Assembly: GCA_963816185.1 (NCBI GenBank)
Contig: CAWFJJ010000016.1
Location: 1 to 10,926 of the forward strand
DNA: 10,926 nt
Direction: 5' to 3'
Origin: Thermoanaerobaculia bacterium
GTDB taxonomy: Bacteria > Acidobacteriota > Thermoanaerobaculia > UBA5066
The first letter of the stretch is position 1; every line of letters starts with the position of its first letter. Made by a program: the position numbers and the translations under genes. A model generated the notes under the pieces. The model saw only the letters and a program-made list of their open reading frames with translations, did not search any database and was not told the DNA's origin. Of the stretch, positions 7,976-10,926 are shown piece after piece.

Positions 7976-8311
7976 TCACCGCGCGCCGAGATCCTTCCGG
8001 AGCGTCTCGTCGTGGAACCCGACGAGAAGGCGCCGCCCGATCCTCACCATCGGCGCCCGGAAGTTGCCCGTCGGACCACGGAGATCGTCGAGCGTGGCGT
8101 CGGAGGCCGAGACGGCCCGCGTGCCTTTGCGCGTCGCGACGACGACTTCGTCGACCTCCTTCAGCAGTGCGCGCACGTCCCTTTCCGAGAGAGGGTCTTT
8201 CTTCGCAAGGCGCGTCGTCGCGATGCGCGCCTTCGTGGCGTCCAGCACCTCACGGGTGCGGCCGCAGCTCGTTCAACCGTTGCGGTGGTAGTAGAAATCG
8301 ACGTCTCGCAT
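7976..8311 (-). CDS. ArsC/Spx-family thioredoxin-fold selenoprotein (111 aa; in-frame UGA at codon 13 read as Sec, UxxC motif)
   Basis: The minus strand from 8311 reads ATG CGA GAC GTC GAT TTC TAC TAC CAC CGC AAC GGT TGA ACG AGC TGC GGC CGC..., i.e. MRDVDFYYHRNG-U-TSCGRTREVL, in frame with the 90-aa track ORF. The C-terminal GNFRAPMVRIGRRLLVGFHDE resembles the ArsC/Spx RP....GY/F motif. A SECIS-like hairpin follows the UGA. Confidence 0.85.
8238..8265 (-). other. Candidate bacterial SECIS element
   Basis: mRNA GCG-G-CC-GCACC-[CGUGA]-GGUGC-U-GG-A-CGC: 10 bp in total, 5-nt apical loop with GU at loop positions 2-3, and the loop starts 18 nt after the UGA. Confidence 0.7.
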
Positions 8312-8318
8312 GGCAAGA

Positions 8319-8324
8319 AGTCTA
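8319..8324 (-). promoter_or_regulatory. Putative -10 box TAGACT for a leaderless selenoprotein transcript
   Basis: The minus strand reads TAGACT-TCTTGCC-ATG(8311): 7-nt spacing, with a pyrimidine-rich spacer lacking a Shine-Dalgarno. Confidence 0.6.
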
Positions 8325-8368
8325 GCGAAAGGCCGGAGCTCACAAAGCGCTGCCGCTCAGGAGTTCCT

Positions 8369-10864
8369 CTACTCGACTCCCGTCATCGGCCTCTCCGCTC
8401 CGTCCCCGCTCGACCGCTCGTGAACGACGCCGTAGGCCACGAAGCGCCCGGTCGCCGCGGCGTTTCGAACGACGGCATAGCTTTCGCCCGCCGCAGTGCC
8501 GTCCGAAACGAGCTCGTGGACGTCGCGCTGCCATCGCTCACCGGGCGCGAGCATCACGCCGGCGCTTCCGATCGTCTGGCCGTCGGCCCCGCGGACGAGG
8601 TCCACGCGCAGGTCGACGCTCGCGCCGCCCTCAGGGCCCGGGTTCGCGAGCACGAGACTCGAGCGAAGGGAAACGTCATCCACGAGTCCGGGAACGACCG
8701 CCCGCGTGGCCGCGAATCGCCCCGGGGGGATCGCGGCGATCGTCGCGCCGACCGTGCCGGAAAAACCGGGAACGCTCGTGAGCACCCGCATCGAGCCGAA
8801 GCCCGAACGGATTCGCGTGAGGTCCGGCGTGACCGATAGGGTTCCGTCGACCGTCTGGCCGACGTCCGCGAGGCCGGCGTGGGAGACGACGGCTGCCGCC
8901 GCGTCGAGTCGAATCCCGCTGTCGGCGGGAAGCGGCTCCTGCCACACGACCATCTTCGGGTCACCCCCGATCGTTCCCCGAAACGTCAGCTCGACGCTCC
9001 GGGCTTCCGGATAGTCCTCGCCGCGCCCCAGCCGCAGCTCGCTGGACGAGGAGAAGTCCGTCGAACGGACAAGCGTGGGAAGAAAGAGCGTCGTCCGGTC
9101 CGCGTCCAGGCTCGGCGTCTCGAACACCGCGAACGAGCCGTCGCCCGTTCCCTGGTCGACCTCGACGACATAGCCGATCAGATCCCGTGGCGAGACGGAT
9201 TCCCATCCCCAGCAGCAGTTCGGCCCGCCGTAATAGACGGGACCCGACAGCTTCAGGACGGACCCGGCCGCGACGGACGGAAGCTCGGCGAGAAGGGGCG
9301 CCTGCGTCCACGAGCCCGCCGTCGCGAAGATCGAGAATGTCGACCCGTCGCCGGTCCACACGAGGCTGAAGGGAGTGGAAAGGGGCCCGGCGGGACCGGC
9401 GTCGCCGGCGTCCGTCCAGCCCATGTTCGTGCGCACGCCGGAATCCACGCGGGGCACGCTCCCGACCGACGACTCGCCGTAGAAGCCGGGGCCGCTGCCC
9501 CACGCCACCGCGGGGACGAAGGTCCGGGTCACGAGTCCGCCGAGAGAGGAAATCACGTCCGAGCCCGCCCAGAAGTCCTCGTCACGATCGCTGCCCGCGA
9601 AGCTGATCGACACGCTTCCGGTCGAGGGCGCCATCGGGTCTACGGAGCGGAATGCCGCGATGAGGTCGTCGACGCGGGCGGAGCGGCGGGCCGGAAGCGG
9701 GACGTCCATTCTCGTCGCGCCCGTAGCGAGACCGGACGGGCCGCGCAGCTCGAGCCGGGCCGTCGCATCCGCGTCGCCGAAATTGGCGAGCCGGAGGTCG
9801 GACGCGAACGACGCGCCTGAGACGCCGAAACCCTTGACGGCGACGGGCAGAAGCCGGCGCACCGAGGATCTCGCCGCGAAAAGACCCCTGGAGGAGGCCG
9901 CGAAGAGCTCCCCGCCCGCGTCGACGAACGGGCCTTCCGGGCCCCACGCATGGTCGTATGTCCAGCGCGCCCCGGGATCCGGCGCGGTCGTTCGCGTAAC
10001 CGTCCAACGCCCTTCGCCGAGCCGCGCCGGCCCGGCGAGGGTCGGCAGGAAGAACGCTTCGCCTCGCCGGATCAGAGGACCCGAAGAAAAAGCGGGGGTC
10101 GACAGCGGCGTCTGCTGGCCCGGGAGGTAGAGCCAGTCCGCGAAGCCGCGGGCGCCCTTCTGCAGGAAGGCGAGGCCCTCCGGCAGCACGGCGACCCCGA
10201 CGCGCTCCGGCCCCTCGGGCTGCACCGGGTACACGACCTGTCCCTTCGTGACTTCGAAGATCGCGCCCGCGACCGCGAAGAGGCGGCCTCCGTCACGAAC
10301 GAACGGCGCACCGCAGGCCGCCTGCGGGCCGTACGTCGGCCAGCCCGGAGCCGTCTCCCAGAGACTTCCGGTCCAGCGCAAGAGACGGCACGACGACGTG
10401 AGGGCGAGAAGGCTGTCGGACTCGAACGCGAGAGAGACCGGTGTTTCGCAGGCAGACGCCGCCGGCACGTCTCCGATTCGGCTCCAGGTTCGCGACGCGC
10501 GGTCGAAGATCCAGAGCGAGGGCCCTCCCCCGGCGCAAAACGGAACCATCGTGGCGACGAGCGCGAGAGTCGTCGTCGAGAGCGCGATGGCGCGCGGCGC
10601 AAGATCGCTCGGGACGGCCTGACTCTCCCATCCGCTCGACGTCCTGATGACGACCCATCGATCTACCGTGTTGCCGGAGTAGACGCTCACGATCGCCGCG
10701 AGATCCGTCCCGTCCGTCACGAGGCTCTCGTACTGGCCCGCGGGCGCGTCGGGCACCATCTCCCATCTCACGCTCGCGGCCGCGGGTGCCGCCGCGATGA
10801 AAAGACAGGCCAAGACCGCAGCCGCGGAGCCGCGTCGGGCGAGCCCACGCCGTCGGAGGCTCAT
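8369..10864 (-). CDS. Large secreted hypothetical protein (831 aa): signal peptide, beta-propeller-like N-terminal part, tandemly duplicated beta-rich C-terminal module
   Basis: Signal peptide MSLRRRGLARRGSAAAVLACLFIAAAPAAA|SV. Trp-spaced blade-like repeats (VRWEMV, SGWESQ, RTWSRI, SLWETA, GRWTVT, GGRLFA, GGELFAASSRGLFA). The C-terminal half has two related units, ending GYVVEVDQGTGDGSF and AYGVVHERSSGDGAE. Confidence 0.85.
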   Translation of the reverse strand: MSLRRRGLARRGSAAAVLACLFIAAAPAAASVRWEMVPDAPAGQYESLVTDGTDLAAIVSVYSGNTVDRWVVIRTSSGWESQAVPSDLAPRAIALSTTTLALVATMVPFCAGGGPSLWIFDRASRTWSRIGDVPAASACETPVSLAFESDSLLALTSSCRLLRWTGSLWETAPGWPTYGPQAACGAPFVRDGGRLFAVAGAIFEVTKGQVVYPVQPEGPERVGVAVLPEGLAFLQKGARGFADWLYLPGQQTPLSTPAFSSGPLIRRGEAFFLPTLAGPARLGEGRWTVTRTTAPDPGARWTYDHAWGPEGPFVDAGGELFAASSRGLFAARSSVRRLLPVAVKGFGVSGASFASDLRLANFGDADATARLELRGPSGLATGATRMDVPLPARRSARVDDLIAAFRSVDPMAPSTGSVSISFAGSDRDEDFWAGSDVISSLGGLVTRTFVPAVAWGSGPGFYGESSVGSVPRVDSGVRTNMGWTDAGDAGPAGPLSTPFSLVWTGDGSTFSIFATAGSWTQAPLLAELPSVAAGSVLKLSGPVYYGGPNCCWGWESVSPRDLIGYVVEVDQGTGDGSFAVFETPSLDADRTTLFLPTLVRSTDFSSSSELRLGRGEDYPEARSVELTFRGTIGGDPKMVVWQEPLPADSGIRLDAAAAVVSHAGLADVGQTVDGTLSVTPDLTRIRSGFGSMRVLTSVPGFSGTVGATIAAIPPGRFAATRAVVPGLVDDVSLRSSLVLANPGPEGGASVDLRVDLVRGADGQTIGSAGVMLAPGERWQRDVHELVSDGTAAGESYAVVRNAAATGRFVAYGVVHERSSGDGAERPMTGVE

Positions 10865-10926
10865 CTCCTTTGAAGTGTGGCGGCTCCAGGCGACCCAACG
10901 CCATGAGTCACCCTGACTAGCTCCGC

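Noticed and set aside
7956-7978. Hairpin TCCTC-GTC-GAGGA near the terminal TGA codons, as a terminator or second SECIS
   Set aside because: It has only a 5-bp stem and 3-nt loop inside dinB coding sequence, with no U-tract. Both proteins already end at family-typical positions, and there is no redox context for Sec.
7976-8248. 90-aa ORF starting at GTG 8248, or a nonsense pseudogene interpretation
   Set aside because: The short form lacks the active site. The only interruption falls exactly at the redox Cys position, has a SECIS-like hairpin behind it, and the rest of the frame is intact.
245-10873. Many long antisense or alternate-frame ORFs (e.g. 1355..2791+, 3370..4833-, 5173..6912-, 6494..7897-, 8879..9820+)
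   Set aside because: These are shadow ORFs expected from high GC and codon bias. They are Arg/Ala/Gly-rich, have no motifs, and largely overlap well-supported genes.

Overview
GC-rich bacterial window. The gene content resembles Acidobacteriota, possibly Thermoanaerobaculia (inferred from protein style, not verified). Left to right: a minus-strand Oar-like TonB-dependent receptor (23..2959); a divergent, tightly packed plus-strand run of atypical SDR/NAD(P)-binding protein (3099..3746), NCS1/CytX-like permease (3748..4980), VLCAD-like acyl-CoA dehydrogenase (4990..6873) and DNA polymerase IV dinB (6878..7972); then two minus-strand genes, a small ArsC/Spx-fold protein and an 831-aa secreted protein with a tandemly duplicated C-terminal module. 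The main observation is that the ORF track truncates the small gene. It reads ATG 8311 ... TGA(8275-8273)-ACG-AGC-TGC, a U-T-S-C redox motif matching the Spx C-T-S-C, and is followed by a hairpin with bacterial SECIS geometry. It is therefore most likely a 111-aa selenoprotein, apparently made from a leaderless mRNA (TAGACT-N7-ATG). Similar TANNNT boxes sit just before several other starts. No RNA genes, CRISPR arrays or mobile elements were seen.
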